A stretch of DNA of 64,000 nucleotides from Clostridiales bacterium (GCA_012800525.1 JAAZJD010000021.1:15402-79401), one strand, 5' to 3'; positions 1-9,501 are shown, counted from the first letter of the stretch. Notes: a model not told the origin generated them from the sequence alone. Translations and numbers: made by a program.

Positions 1-538
1 AGGACTAGTTGAACATTATAAAGCAGTTTCTAATAGCGTTAAAATTCCAATAATTATGTATAATGTTCCGGGAAGAACTGGTGTAAATATAAACCCTGAT
101 ACTGCACTTGAAATTGCACAAAATTGTAAAAATGTTATTGCTATAAAAGAAGCTAGCGGTAATATTTCTCAAATTTCTGAAGTAGCTAGATTAACTAAAG
201 GACTATTAGATTTGTATAGTGGTGATGATGGCATCGTATTACCAATTTTATCTTTAGGGGGAATTGGGGTTATTAGTGTTGTTAGCAATGTTATACCACA
301 ATTAATGCATGACATTGTCGCAAACTTTCTTGCTGGTGATATTTTAAAATCTAGAGAACTCCAATTTAAAGTTAATCCGTTTGTTTCAGCTGCATTTTGT
401 GAGGTTAATCCTATACCTATCAAATGTGCAGCAAGTTTAATGAATTTATGCAAAAATGAACTAAGGCTTCCCTTAACTCCATGTTCAAAAGAACAATTTG
501 TTAGAGAAGAGATGATTAAACTTGGTTTAATAAAATAG
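1..538 (+). CDS. dapA: 4-hydroxy-tetrahydrodipicolinate synthase (DapA), C-terminal part; the 5' end lies outside the window
   Basis: Frame 2 is open from the window edge (GLVEHYKAVSNSVKIPIIMYNVPGRTGVNI...). YNVPGRTG and AIKEASG (catalytic Lys region) are DapA hallmarks. dapB follows 9 nt downstream. Confidence 0.9.
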   Translation, partial: GLVEHYKAVSNSVKIPIIMYNVPGRTGVNINPDTALEIAQNCKNVIAIKEASGNISQISEVARLTKGLLDLYSGDDGIVLPILSLGGIGVISVVSNVIPQLMHDIVANFLAGDILKSRELQFKVNPFVSAAFCEVNPIPIKCAASLMNLCKNELRLPLTPCSKEQFVREEMIKLGLIK

Positions 539-547
539 AGGTATTTT

Positions 548-1303
548 ATGAGATTACTTATTAATGGTGCGGCTGGGAAAATGGGTTTACATGTCATTAA
601 AGCAGCTCAAAAAAGCGGACATTTTGACCATATTATTGGAGTTGATAAATATGCACATCAAGTCAAGTTAGATATACCTGTGTATGTTTCTATTTCAGAC
701 ATACCTACATACGAAAAATTTGACTGTATTATTGATTTTTCGACAAAAGAAGCTCTATATGATATTTTACCTTATGCATTAAAAACAAAAACACCTATTG
801 TAATTGCAACAACGGGCTTTGATCAAAATGACGAAAAAAACATTGAAAAAGCTTCAAAATCAATTCCTATTTTCAAATCAGGGAATATGTCTATAGGTAT
901 TAATACTCTAATTTCCGTAATTGAAAAAGTTGCGAAAACGATTGGAGCTATTTCTGACATAGAAATCATTGAGCAACATCACAATCAAAAAATAGATGCC
1001 CCTTCTGGAACTGCCCTAATGCTTGCAAATGCAGTTAAAGACAACACTAAAATTAGCAGTACAGTAAATGGTAGAGAAGGAATCTTAGGCAAACGCCCTA
1101 AAAACGAACTTGGAATCCATGCAATACGTGGAGGCTCTATTATAGGAAAGCATGAAGTTCTATTTATTCTCGATAAAGAAGTTTTAACCTTTAAACATGA
1201 AGCTGAAGATAGAGCTGTTTTTGCAAATGGAAGTGTAGAAGCTGCCCTATTTTTATCTAAACAAAAACCAGGCCTTTACAATATGAAAGACATGTTTAAG
1301 TAA
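548..1303 (+). CDS. dapB: 4-hydroxy-tetrahydrodipicolinate reductase (DapB)
   Basis: 251 aa. N-terminal Rossmann motif INGAAGKMG, and EQHHNQKIDAPSGTA (the E-x-HH-x-K-x-DAPSGTA DapB signature). A-rich, GAGG-containing stretch (taaaatagaggtatttt) upstream of the ATG. Adjacent to dapA. Confidence 0.92.
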   Translation: MRLLINGAAGKMGLHVIKAAQKSGHFDHIIGVDKYAHQVKLDIPVYVSISDIPTYEKFDCIIDFSTKEALYDILPYALKTKTPIVIATTGFDQNDEKNIEKASKSIPIFKSGNMSIGINTLISVIEKVAKTIGAISDIEIIEQHHNQKIDAPSGTALMLANAVKDNTKISSTVNGREGILGKRPKNELGIHAIRGGSIIGKHEVLFILDKEVLTFKHEAEDRAVFANGSVEAALFLSKQKPGLYNMKDMFK

Positions 1304-1361
1304 AGATAAAACTATTAAACTATAAAGACATGTTTAAGTAAAAATAAAATTATTAAACTAT
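1286..1361 (+). repeat. 38-bp tandem duplication spanning the dapB stop codon (2 copies, 36/38 identical)
   Basis: aaagacatgtttaagtaaagataaaactattaaactat (1286-1323) is followed directly by aaagacatgtttaagtaaaaataaaattattaaactat (1324-1361). Copy 1 contains the last five dapB codons plus TAA. Confidence 0.9.
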
Positions 1362-1364
1362 TTT

Positions 1365-1400
1365 AAAAGCTGACACTCTCTAAAAAGCATCAGCTTTTTT
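1365..1400 (+). terminator. Rho-independent terminator candidate after dapB
   Basis: Stem aaaagctga (1365-1373) pairs with tcagctttt (1390-1398), with a 16-nt loop, then a T-run to 1400. The stem is AT-rich and the loop large, so strength is uncertain. Confidence 0.5.
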
Positions 1401-1459
1401 AATACAATGACTAAAATTATAAAATTCTATAGCTATATCATTAATAGCCTTATCTTAAA

Positions 1460-1930
1460 TCAAGGAGTTGGCATAACCAATATGCTAAGGTCAGCCCCAT
1501 CATCTAAAATCTTGTACTTGCCCGCTTCAACGCTTTCAACCACTTGAATCATATCAGATATCTTAGAACTATAAACTTCAAATGTTGCTTTTTCGTCAAA
1601 GAAAAATCCATCTACAAATCCTTGTGCAACAAATTTCCCCTGCTTAATGCTCTCTGGATCTGAACCTAACTGCATACTCCACATTGCAAACAAATCATCG
1701 TGTAAAAAAGTTGGTTTATCTGCAAAGGGATTTTTGTGAAAAACTGTTTGTGCTATTAATGGAATATTTATATAAGCACTAAGTGAATCATTAGCAATCG
1801 TGCTGTTTGCATAAAAATATGTCAAAAACTTTGAAATTAATGTCATTTCGCTAGAAGCAATTACTCCATCTCTATTTTCTGGCTCCACTAAATTAAATAA
1901 TTTGTTTTTATAATAATTGTTAAATTCCAC
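1460..1930 (-). CDS. Hypothetical cytoplasmic protein (156 aa), no recognisable family
   Basis: ORF with a GTG start (first start codon in the frame), 42 nt downstream of the preceding lipoprotein gene on the same strand. No signal peptide and no motifs I recognise. The start codon is uncertain. Confidence 0.5.
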   Translation of the reverse strand: MEFNNYYKNKLFNLVEPENRDGVIASSEMTLISKFLTYFYANSTIANDSLSAYINIPLIAQTVFHKNPFADKPTFLHDDLFAMWSMQLGSDPESIKQGKFVAQGFVDGFFFDEKATFEVYSSKISDMIQVVESVEAGKYKILDDGADLSILVMPTP

Positions 1931-1972
1931 AAGAAAATCATCAATAAAATTTTTACCAGCATCAACACTCCA

Positions 1973-3451
1973 CTATGTGCTTTTTGCCTCATTATCCCCC
2001 ACGAGAGCATTGATATACAATGTTCCTTCTTTAATATAAAAACTAAAAAGCTCTTCTATTTCTTCATTTTCTACAAGTGGATTTTTATTGTATAATCTCA
2101 TTGAAAAAAGTGGGCAAGGACAACTTTCACGATGTGATGCAGGTGTATATTGAGAAACAACTTCGATCATAGTTATAGTTGCTGAATTGTTAATTTTTTC
2201 ATTTAAAATAGGAAATTGCGGTGAATTGAAGTTTTTAATTTCAGCTTCCATAATTATATAATTATCATTAAAAAGCACTGGTGTTGAATTATTTAAATCT
2301 AAGTCTATTTCTTTTAGAACATATGTGTTTTCAAAAGTTTCCATGGTAAAAGAAGCATTGTACTCCTTTCCTTTAAACCTAAAATTAGTATCTTTAGTGG
2401 CCTCATCAGCTTCAACATGGAAATCTGCTTGAAATGACTTTAATATCACATCATTTCCGCCAAAAACAGTTGCTTTAGCAATGTTTTTCACTTCAAACTG
2501 CAACCTTAAAGTAGCTGGAGGCATCGCATTTTCAACCACATTAGTTGCTATTTCAAATTCAGTTCTTCCTTCAGTTAAATTAATTCCAATAATACTTGAA
2601 ATCGCATCTTCGAAATCAATTATTTGTTGTTTTTGCGCTGGAGTAATGGGATAGTTAGTTGGATTTTGCTTAGCTAGACGAGAGTTTTGCGCAAGTTTTT
2701 TGAAAGTCTCTTTAATATCAAATGTGATATCATATGATCTAGTATAAAAATCATCGTTTTCCTCTCTATAGTATTCCCCTTTTCTATTTATTCCTCCAAC
2801 TAAATTTTCTGCCATAAACCTTGCAATATTATTAACGCTATCATTTATTTCATTTCGCATTGTTTTTGTGCTTGTGTTTTTATTTTTTAATGGAATAAAC
2901 TTTTTGTCACTCACAAATGGTATTACAAAAGAACTTTCTGAACCAAATTTAAAATCAAGCTTGTAATGATAATACAACACAGTTTTTTGATTGGGTTCCT
3001 CCCCTTCAATACGCTCTTCTATAAAAGGATTATCTTGAAAAAGAGTAAAAAACATTATTTCTTTAGAGTCTATGTATTCTGCTTTAAATGATATGTTGTT
3101 ATTTGTTGCATCATCTAAATCATTATTAAATATCAACGAAACTCGTAAATTTTTACCTTTAATATTTGCTTTAAAAGTTGCCTCAACTGAAACTTGCTTT
3201 TTTGTTGAAGAGACAGAATTAATTTTTTCTTCTGAAACATTATAAAATAAGTTGCCAAAACAAGCTGCTAGATCTTTTAAAATATTTTCATCTGTTAGAT
3301 GTGTTTGATTAATTTTTGTTTTAGGTATAGCATTTGATTTTGGTGGAACTTTAGGAGATGGTGCACTAGTAGCACAGCTAGCTGTAAAAATAGTTGATAA
3401 TAAAATCACTAAAACTAAAACAACAATAATTATTGGTTTTTGCTTTTTCAT
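1973..3451 (-). CDS. Putative lipoprotein (492 aa), unknown function
   Basis: N-terminus MKKQKPIIIVVLVLVILLSTIFTASCATSAPSPKVPPK: positive n-region, hydrophobic core, lipobox-like TASC, then a Pro/Lys-rich linker. No recognisable catalytic motif. Confidence 0.65.
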   Translation of the reverse strand: MKKQKPIIIVVLVLVILLSTIFTASCATSAPSPKVPPKSNAIPKTKINQTHLTDENILKDLAACFGNLFYNVSEEKINSVSSTKKQVSVEATFKANIKGKNLRVSLIFNNDLDDATNNNISFKAEYIDSKEIMFFTLFQDNPFIEERIEGEEPNQKTVLYYHYKLDFKFGSESSFVIPFVSDKKFIPLKNKNTSTKTMRNEINDSVNNIARFMAENLVGGINRKGEYYREENDDFYTRSYDITFDIKETFKKLAQNSRLAKQNPTNYPITPAQKQQIIDFEDAISSIIGINLTEGRTEFEIATNVVENAMPPATLRLQFEVKNIAKATVFGGNDVILKSFQADFHVEADEATKDTNFRFKGKEYNASFTMETFENTYVLKEIDLDLNNSTPVLFNDNYIIMEAEIKNFNSPQFPILNEKINNSATITMIEVVSQYTPASHRESCPCPLFSMRLYNKNPLVENEEIEELFSFYIKEGTLYINALVGDNEAKST

Positions 3452-3482
3452 AACATCAATCTCTCATCATTATAGGAAACTT

Positions 3483-5210
3483 TTAGCAATGACTTTTTAT
3501 AGCATGAGTTATAATTTTTTGTATCTCTAAAACTATATTGTCGATTGGAACATTAAATTTTTCTTTTGATTCTCTAAGTTGTATTTCTAGCTCATTTTTT
3601 TCTAAGAGCTTTTTGCTAACGACAACCCTAATAGGAATTCCCATTAAATCACAATCTGCAAACTTAAAACCAGGAGATACATCCCTATCATCAAGCAAAA
3701 CTTCAATCCCATGATCTTTTAAATTGTCATATATCTCTAAAGTTTTCGAATTAATATCCTCATCACTAAATCTAATTGGACATAAATATACATGCCAAGG
3801 AGCAATTGACATTGGCCAAATTAGTCCAAAATCATCGGATTTTTCTTCAGCTATTGAAGCTATTGCTCTGCCTACACCAATGCCATAGCACCCCATAATT
3901 GGATGGAATGTTTTCCCTGTTTTATCAAGAACATTCATATTCATGGTTTCGGTATATCTAGTACCTAATTGGAATATGTTGCCAATTTCAATACCATTTT
4001 CTATAGTTAATGGCGAGCCACATACAATGCATTTATCACCTTTTTGTACTTTTGCAATATCAAAAGTAGTATTGGCATAAAAATCCCTTCCCTCGCAAGC
4101 ATTTATCATATGATAAGCATCTTCATTTGCACCAACAACAACATTTGTAAGCCCTTTAACTGAATCGTCATACACCACAATTAAATTTTCATTTTCATTC
4201 AATCCAACAGGACCAATATTTCCAGCTACCAAAGCACTGTCTTGTAAAGATGCTGGTACAATGTCTTTTTTGACAACCTTCTTAAGCTTTGCTTCGTTAA
4301 TCTCTAAATCACCCCTAATAAAGCATAAAACATTTGTGTTTGCATCACCTTTTATATTAAAAACTACTGCCTTTAAAGTTTTTGTATTGTCTTTTAATTT
4401 TAAAAATTCAACAACTTCAGATATTTCTTTTGCTTCACCCGTATAAACTTTTTCAAGCGGCTTAAATTCTTCACTTCGAATTTTATCCCTTTTTGAAACT
4501 GCAACCTCCATATTAGATTTATATCCACAGTTTTTACATATAACAATACTATCTTCACCAATGGGAGTTAGCAACATATACTCATGAGCAACTTTTCCAC
4601 CCATCATTCCAGAGTCTGACTCAACGACAATAAAATTTTTCATTCCAATACGTTTAAATATTTTTATGTATGAATCATAGACTTTTTTATAATACTTTTC
4701 TAAATCTTCTTGAGTTTCATGAAATGAATAAGCATCTTTCATAGTAAACTCTCTTACTCTTATCAATCCACCTCTTGATCTAGCTTCATCTCTAAATTTT
4801 GTTTGTATTTGATAAATCATAAAAGGTAGTTGCTGATATGAAGAAACCGTATTTCGAGCCAAATGAACTGCAGCTTCTTCATGTGTCATTCCTAGAACAT
4901 TGTCTCTATTATTTCTATCTTTAAATCGCACAAGTTCAAGACCAATAGATTCATATCGTCCACTTTCATCTAGCAAATCTCTTGGAAGCACAACAGGAAA
5001 CAAGCATTCTTGTCCATCTATTAAATCCATTTCTTCTCTAATAATTGATTCAATTTTATTTGCAATTCTTTTAGCTGGCATAGCCAATGTCCAAATACCA
5101 TTTGAAACTTGCTTCATAAATCCAGCTCTAAGCATCAAAGCATGGCTTTTAAATTGAGCATCTGAAGGTGTTGTTTTCGATCTTTCGCCTACTAATCTTG
5201 AAATTAACAT
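3483..5210 (-). CDS. proS: Proline--tRNA ligase (bacterial type with INS editing domain)
   Basis: 575 aa. Class II aaRS motifs (FRDEARSRGGLIRVREFTMKDAYSFH; GCYGIGVGR). Length and layout match bacterial ProRS. The SD AAGGAG overlaps the stop codon of the upstream lipoprotein gene. Confidence 0.93.
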   Translation of the reverse strand: MLISRLVGERSKTTPSDAQFKSHALMLRAGFMKQVSNGIWTLAMPAKRIANKIESIIREEMDLIDGQECLFPVVLPRDLLDESGRYESIGLELVRFKDRNNRDNVLGMTHEEAAVHLARNTVSSYQQLPFMIYQIQTKFRDEARSRGGLIRVREFTMKDAYSFHETQEDLEKYYKKVYDSYIKIFKRIGMKNFIVVESDSGMMGGKVAHEYMLLTPIGEDSIVICKNCGYKSNMEVAVSKRDKIRSEEFKPLEKVYTGEAKEISEVVEFLKLKDNTKTLKAVVFNIKGDANTNVLCFIRGDLEINEAKLKKVVKKDIVPASLQDSALVAGNIGPVGLNENENLIVVYDDSVKGLTNVVVGANEDAYHMINACEGRDFYANTTFDIAKVQKGDKCIVCGSPLTIENGIEIGNIFQLGTRYTETMNMNVLDKTGKTFHPIMGCYGIGVGRAIASIAEEKSDDFGLIWPMSIAPWHVYLCPIRFSDEDINSKTLEIYDNLKDHGIEVLLDDRDVSPGFKFADCDLMGIPIRVVVSKKLLEKNELEIQLRESKEKFNVPIDNIVLEIQKIITHAIKSHC

Positions 5211-5219
5211 ACATGCTCC

Positions 5220-5642
5220 TTATTTCGCATAAACAGTCAAATCAAACTTTGTTTCAAAACCATTATAAGAAGCAGTTAATACAAATACTCCTTCAGTTGT
5301 AAACTTCATTTGCGAATCTAGCATATATATACCAGATTCATTAGGTTTAAACTTGTTATCACTTGTATCTAATTTAAACTTTACATTGTTATTGACACTA
5401 ACTGCTGCCATAGTATCAATTTTTCTAGAAGTTTTATCTGATAGATGTGCTGTTACTTCTATCTTAGAGATATCAAAGTTAGAGTCAACTTTAAACTTTG
5501 TGTCTGCAACTAATTTTGCTTCAATTCCAACTATAGTTGCTTTGCCTTCAATCTCATCTTTATTGTCAGTACAACCAACTAAAGCTATGGTCAAAAGTAT
5601 GATAATTAAAATGGTAAAAATTGTAATCTTTGTCTTTTTCAT
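5220..5642 (-). CDS. Small lipoprotein (140 aa), probably a single Ig-like beta-sandwich
   Basis: MKKTKITIFTILIIILLTIALVGCTDNK carries a canonical lipobox LVGC. The rest is beta-strand-patterned. SD AAAGGA lies upstream. Confidence 0.7.
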   Translation of the reverse strand: MKKTKITIFTILIIILLTIALVGCTDNKDEIEGKATIVGIEAKLVADTKFKVDSNFDISKIEVTAHLSDKTSRKIDTMAAVSVNNNVKFKLDTSDNKFKPNESGIYMLDSQMKFTTEGVFVLTASYNGFETKFDLTVYAK

Positions 5643-5795
5643 TTGTATGTCCTTTAAAATTTTATATTTATATGTCTAAATGTTATTACAGTTTTACTAA
5701 TATTGTCAATTTAAAGTGTATTAAGTCAAGAACTAGTTTTTATCAAAACCAATAAACTTTTTAAATTTACCCTACCTTCAAATTTATATGTAGTT

Positions 5796-7865
5796 TTATG
5801 AAAGCCAAGTTATATTTTTTTCCAAAACCCCAGTAAAACAATCCTCATCCCAGCCTATTGGCTTTTCAGTTTTTTTCCTATTTGTATTAATTTTCAACAA
5901 ATCACATCCTGAAAATGCATATCCGTCTATATGTGTTACTGTACTTGGGATCGAAAATCCATCCCCTTCTTCCATCGAAAATTTAATTGCTTTTAAGTTT
6001 CTACATCTACCAAAAGCCTCTGAGCCTATACTTGTAACAGTGGGTGGTAAAATTATAGTTTCCACTTCATTCACAATTTCCTTACCTTCAACTGAACCAA
6101 TAAATGCATCAGGAATTTCTGCTATGGTTACTTGTGATAAGTCTAAAGTGGCTCCACTAAAGCCCAAAAAAGCGCCAAAACCTATTTTGTTTACACTCGA
6201 AGGGAGAACTAGATTCGATGTTTTGTTATATGCAACTGATGTTGGACAAATTTCTTCAATCTCAACAGGAAAACTAGAATTAACCCCCAAATTTAACAAG
6301 CTTTTTCCTATAACTAAAGCATTGTTTGATATGGTATAATTAGCAGTACTCATGCCTTCTATGATAGCCAAATTTTTGCAATATGAAAAAATTGGGAAAT
6401 ATGAATCCCAACCCAATAATGTTTCGCCTTTTTGTGGGATATAACTTGAAGGAATATTTATTTTCTTTAAAGAATCACAATATGTAATAGCGCTCATTTC
6501 AATAGTAACAATACTGTTTGGTAAGAATAATTCTTCTAAATTTGAGCAATTCAAAATCGCAGTAGTTTTTAATGTCAAAGTATTCTTAGGTAAATATAAA
6601 GACACTAATGCAGTATTCTCATCAAATGTATTAGAATTGATAACTTTGACATTGGTTTCATTTAAATCTATTTTGGTTATAGATGAACATTTTGAAAATG
6701 CCCATTCGCCAATTGAATCTATACTACTTGGAAATTCTATCTCTTTAATTGCTCTATCTAATTCAAAGCAAGAATTCCCAATAGTTCTAACTCCTTCCTC
6801 AATTTTCACATTTTCTAAATATGACAAATTATAAAAAGCTCGAGCACCTATACTCTTTATTCCGCCATGTATGAGTATGTTTACTATCTCAATATCAACA
6901 CTATCAAAAGCACTTGCCGCTATTTCAACAACTGGTAAAGTTTCGCCATTTTGAGTATATTCATTTGGAAAAGATAGTGTTTGATATTTTTCTTTATTTG
7001 CCAATATATATGGTTTTGATTCTGGACGAAAACCTTTAACAATATATCCTGTTCCTTCAAAGTTTTTTTCATATTGAAGAGAATCTGTAACTGTTATCTC
7101 TTTTGCTTGAAGATTTATTATTATATCGCTTTGTATAACTATCCTAGCTTTGTTAGTAGTGTCATTGATTGTAATTTTCTCATTATTTGAAAAAGCATCA
7201 TGCAACCACATGCTATCCACTTGAGAAAAATCTAATGTAATTTCCGAGTAAGCAGTATATTCGCTTTGCTCTGGTTCAACATGAACAGCAGCAGCATTTT
7301 CTGTTTTACTGATTATAAAATTCCAATAAACATTGACATCTCTAAAAGCAAACTTAGACCAACTATTTGGCTTGTTTATCTCTCTACATCCCGTATACAA
7401 AACTAATTTTTCAGAAAATGCAAAGGCATCATTTTGAATATTGATATCTCTTTTTTCTAAATTTATTCTTTTTAATCCAGTGTTGGAAAAAGCTTTGTCG
7501 CCTATTTCTAAAAGTCCAATAGGTAAATTAATTGATTCTAATTTTTTACAACCACTAAAAGCTTCCTTTTCTATTGTTTTTATGTCATCTGGCAAATATA
7601 CTTTCTTAAGGTTCTTATATTCTTTAAATGCACCTTCCCCAATTCCTATTATTTTTCGATCTTTTTTGTTGTGATAAATTGTAATAGGAAAATTCAATTC
7701 TTCAATAGTCTTATACTTTTCACTCATTCCCATAATAATAAGTTCATCGCCTACTTCCTTGACAATAAAAATATCTTGTTTAGGTCTACAGCAAGCAGCT
7801 AAACTAATAATAAAAACTAAAATCAAAATACTAATTAAAATTATTAAACTTTTTTTTCTTAACAC
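5796..7865 (-). CDS. BspA-type leucine-rich-repeat surface lipoprotein (689 aa)
   Basis: GTG start. Signal plus lipobox (ISLAACC). Repeated units such as IGEGAFKEYKNLKKVYLPDDIKTIEKEAFSGCKKLESINLP, IGARAFYNLSYLENVKIEEGVRTIGNSCF and IGSEAFGRCRNLKAIKF are typical of the BspA-like LRR (LRR_5) family. Confidence 0.8.
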   Translation of the reverse strand: MLRKKSLIILISILILVFIISLAACCRPKQDIFIVKEVGDELIIMGMSEKYKTIEELNFPITIYHNKKDRKIIGIGEGAFKEYKNLKKVYLPDDIKTIEKEAFSGCKKLESINLPIGLLEIGDKAFSNTGLKRINLEKRDINIQNDAFAFSEKLVLYTGCREINKPNSWSKFAFRDVNVYWNFIISKTENAAAVHVEPEQSEYTAYSEITLDFSQVDSMWLHDAFSNNEKITINDTTNKARIVIQSDIIINLQAKEITVTDSLQYEKNFEGTGYIVKGFRPESKPYILANKEKYQTLSFPNEYTQNGETLPVVEIAASAFDSVDIEIVNILIHGGIKSIGARAFYNLSYLENVKIEEGVRTIGNSCFELDRAIKEIEFPSSIDSIGEWAFSKCSSITKIDLNETNVKVINSNTFDENTALVSLYLPKNTLTLKTTAILNCSNLEELFLPNSIVTIEMSAITYCDSLKKINIPSSYIPQKGETLLGWDSYFPIFSYCKNLAIIEGMSTANYTISNNALVIGKSLLNLGVNSSFPVEIEEICPTSVAYNKTSNLVLPSSVNKIGFGAFLGFSGATLDLSQVTIAEIPDAFIGSVEGKEIVNEVETIILPPTVTSIGSEAFGRCRNLKAIKFSMEEGDGFSIPSTVTHIDGYAFSGCDLLKINTNRKKTEKPIGWDEDCFTGVLEKNITWLS

Positions 7866-8014
7866 TTATCGACTCTTCTTATTTTGATACTCTTTACATT
7901 TTAACATTTTATAATACTTTTTACTCTATAATTTACTATACATTTAATTTTTATGCTAAATTAACCCAAAATGCTAAAAAAATCAACAAACAATGTAATT
8001 TACCCTTACATTAT

Positions 8015-8281
8015 AAAAAGGTGCACCCACTCTGACATGTTTTACCGAATCGACATGCATACAGCCAACTCCCTCAAAGCTTCCTTGTGGCACACTTGAA
8101 AAATAGCTTAGTGCTGCTGCGATCAAACCCTGACACGGTTCACTACATCAAGTTGCACAAGACCTTGGTATCAACATCGCTTATATACATCGGCTTTCCA
8201 TAACACAAGCCTCGGCGGGCGTTCTATCTTGCTAGAGCGGTTTGCAAGTTACAGGGCACCGCTAGCTCCCCATATAGCACC
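8015..8281 (-). ncRNA. ffs: Signal recognition particle RNA, large Bacillus type (scRNA, with Alu domain)
   Basis: The minus strand reads GGUGCUAUAUGGGGAGCUAGCGGUGCCCUGUAACUUGCAAACCGCUCUAGCAAG... It continues ...GAACCGUGUCAGGGUUUGAUCGCAGCAGCACUAAG... and ends ...GAGUGGGUGCACCUUUUU. The Alu-domain block (GCGGUGCCCUGUA..UGCAA.CCGCUCUAGCA) and the domain IV flanks (GAACC.UGUCAGG / GCAGCA..AAG) match what I remember of B. subtilis scRNA. 5' GGUGC pairs with 3' GCACC, followed by a U-tail. No ORF covers the region. Confidence 0.85.
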
Positions 8282-8288
8282 AAAAATA

Positions 8289-8317
8289 ATTATATAAAAT
8301 ACCAAAAGAAAAGGCAA
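8289..8317 (-). promoter_or_regulatory. Sigma-70-type promoter for the SRP RNA
   Basis: Minus strand: TTGCCT (8317-8312), 17-nt spacer, TATAAT (8294-8289). The G that starts the RNA lies 7 nt downstream. Confidence 0.6.
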
Positions 8318-8374
8318 GTATAAAAGTTTTATAAGGCATGAATGGGATATTAATTAATAATATCATTTAACACT

Positions 8375-9466
8375 TCACCCAAATAAAATTTCCGAAATTT
8401 TAGCTTTTAAAAGATCAATATTTTTGTTATGTTTAGCACTGATTGGAATGAATTTATTATAATCATCCATGAACAATGCATTTTGCCCTAAATCAATTTT
8501 ATTAACCACTGTTATAATTGGAATATTTTCGATTTCAAGAGATTTTAAAACATCTAAAACAACTTTATATTGGGTAGAGACATTATATGAATTTCCATCA
8601 AGCACATGAATTATCAAATCTGAATATCTTACCTCTTCTAATGTTGAACGAAAAGCCTTTACAAACTCATGAGGTAATCTTGAAATAAAGCCAACGGTAT
8701 CTGTTAATATAACATTTTTATTTAATCCTAAAAACAATTTTCGAGTTGTTGGATCAAGGGTTGCAAAAGGCTTATCTTCCTCTAAAACATTTGCATCAGT
8801 TAATGCATTCATAAGTGTAGATTTCCCCGAGTTAGTATATCCTACAAGAGTAATTGTTTTAACATTATTTTGTGTCCGTCTCTTTCGTCTAAGCTTTCTC
8901 TGTCTTGACAGCTGATCAATTTGTTCTTCTAGATTTTTAATCTCCCTTCGAATTGTTCTTTTATCAAGTTCAAGCTTTTGTTCCCCACCGCCTCTTCTAG
9001 CACCAGTTCCACCAGCTCCACCGCCTGCTTGTCTAGATAAAACCAGCCCTTGCCCTAAAATTCTTGGTAACATCTTTTGTTTATACATTAATTCAACCTG
9101 AAGTTTTCCCTCATTTGATGTCGCATGTCTAGAAAAAATTTCAATAATTAAATTAACCCTATCCATTACTTCAATATTAAGATATTTTTCTAAATTATAA
9201 AATTGCATGCTAGTCAATGTATTATCAAAAATTACAACATCACATTCTGTAGCTACTGCTACCTCTTTTAATTCTTTTAATTTTCCTTTGCCAATATAAT
9301 ATTTGAAATCTGGAAGTGCTCTTTGCTGAATAAGATATGACATTACCTCATAATCTGCACCTGTCGCCAGTTGAGAAAGCTCCTCTAAAAACTCAATATG
9401 TTCTGGCTCAGTTCCCACATAAACTAAAACAGCTCTTTTTTTGATGTCTTTCAAACTCATCTCCAT
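8375..9466 (-). CDS. hflX: GTPase HflX
   Basis: 363 aa. HflX N-terminal domain with a Gly-rich segment (RQAGGGAGGTGARRGGGEQKLELDKR), a coiled linker, then a G domain (GYTNSGKSTLMNALT, DTVGF, NKID). No good SD precedes the first ATG, so the exact start is uncertain. Confidence 0.88.
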   Translation of the reverse strand: MEMSLKDIKKRAVLVYVGTEPEHIEFLEELSQLATGADYEVMSYLIQQRALPDFKYYIGKGKLKELKEVAVATECDVVIFDNTLTSMQFYNLEKYLNIEVMDRVNLIIEIFSRHATSNEGKLQVELMYKQKMLPRILGQGLVLSRQAGGGAGGTGARRGGGEQKLELDKRTIRREIKNLEEQIDQLSRQRKLRRKRRTQNNVKTITLVGYTNSGKSTLMNALTDANVLEEDKPFATLDPTTRKLFLGLNKNVILTDTVGFISRLPHEFVKAFRSTLEEVRYSDLIIHVLDGNSYNVSTQYKVVLDVLKSLEIENIPIITVVNKIDLGQNALFMDDYNKFIPISAKHNKNIDLLKAKISEILFG

Positions 9467-9476
9467 AAACTTTATT

Positions 9477-9501
9477 AAAAAAAGAGGTAATAATGCCTCT
9501 T
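9477..9501 (-). terminator. Weak hairpin plus U-run between the alcohol dehydrogenase gene and hflX
   Basis: Minus strand: AAGAGG-cattatta-CCTCTT followed by TTTTT. The stem is only 6 bp and ends ~10 nt before the hflX ATG, so it is more likely a partial terminator or attenuator. Confidence 0.35.

Noticed and set aside
5211-5795. A T-box leader upstream of proS
   Set aside because: proS starts 9 nt after the preceding gene. The 153-nt gap upstream of that gene is too short and lacks the T-box sequence or a terminator/antiterminator pair.
169-7674. Antisense or overlapping small ORFs within dapA, proS, the lipoprotein genes and the LRR gene (169-597, 4261-4446, 4900-5157, 5353-5679, 6040-6339, 6637-6834, 7441-7674). 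Similar ones occur in the transporter, GH3, CofE-like, guaB, aminotransferase, der and parC genes.
   Set aside because: Each is opposite or out of frame to a longer ORF with clear family motifs, and none has a convincing RBS or motif.
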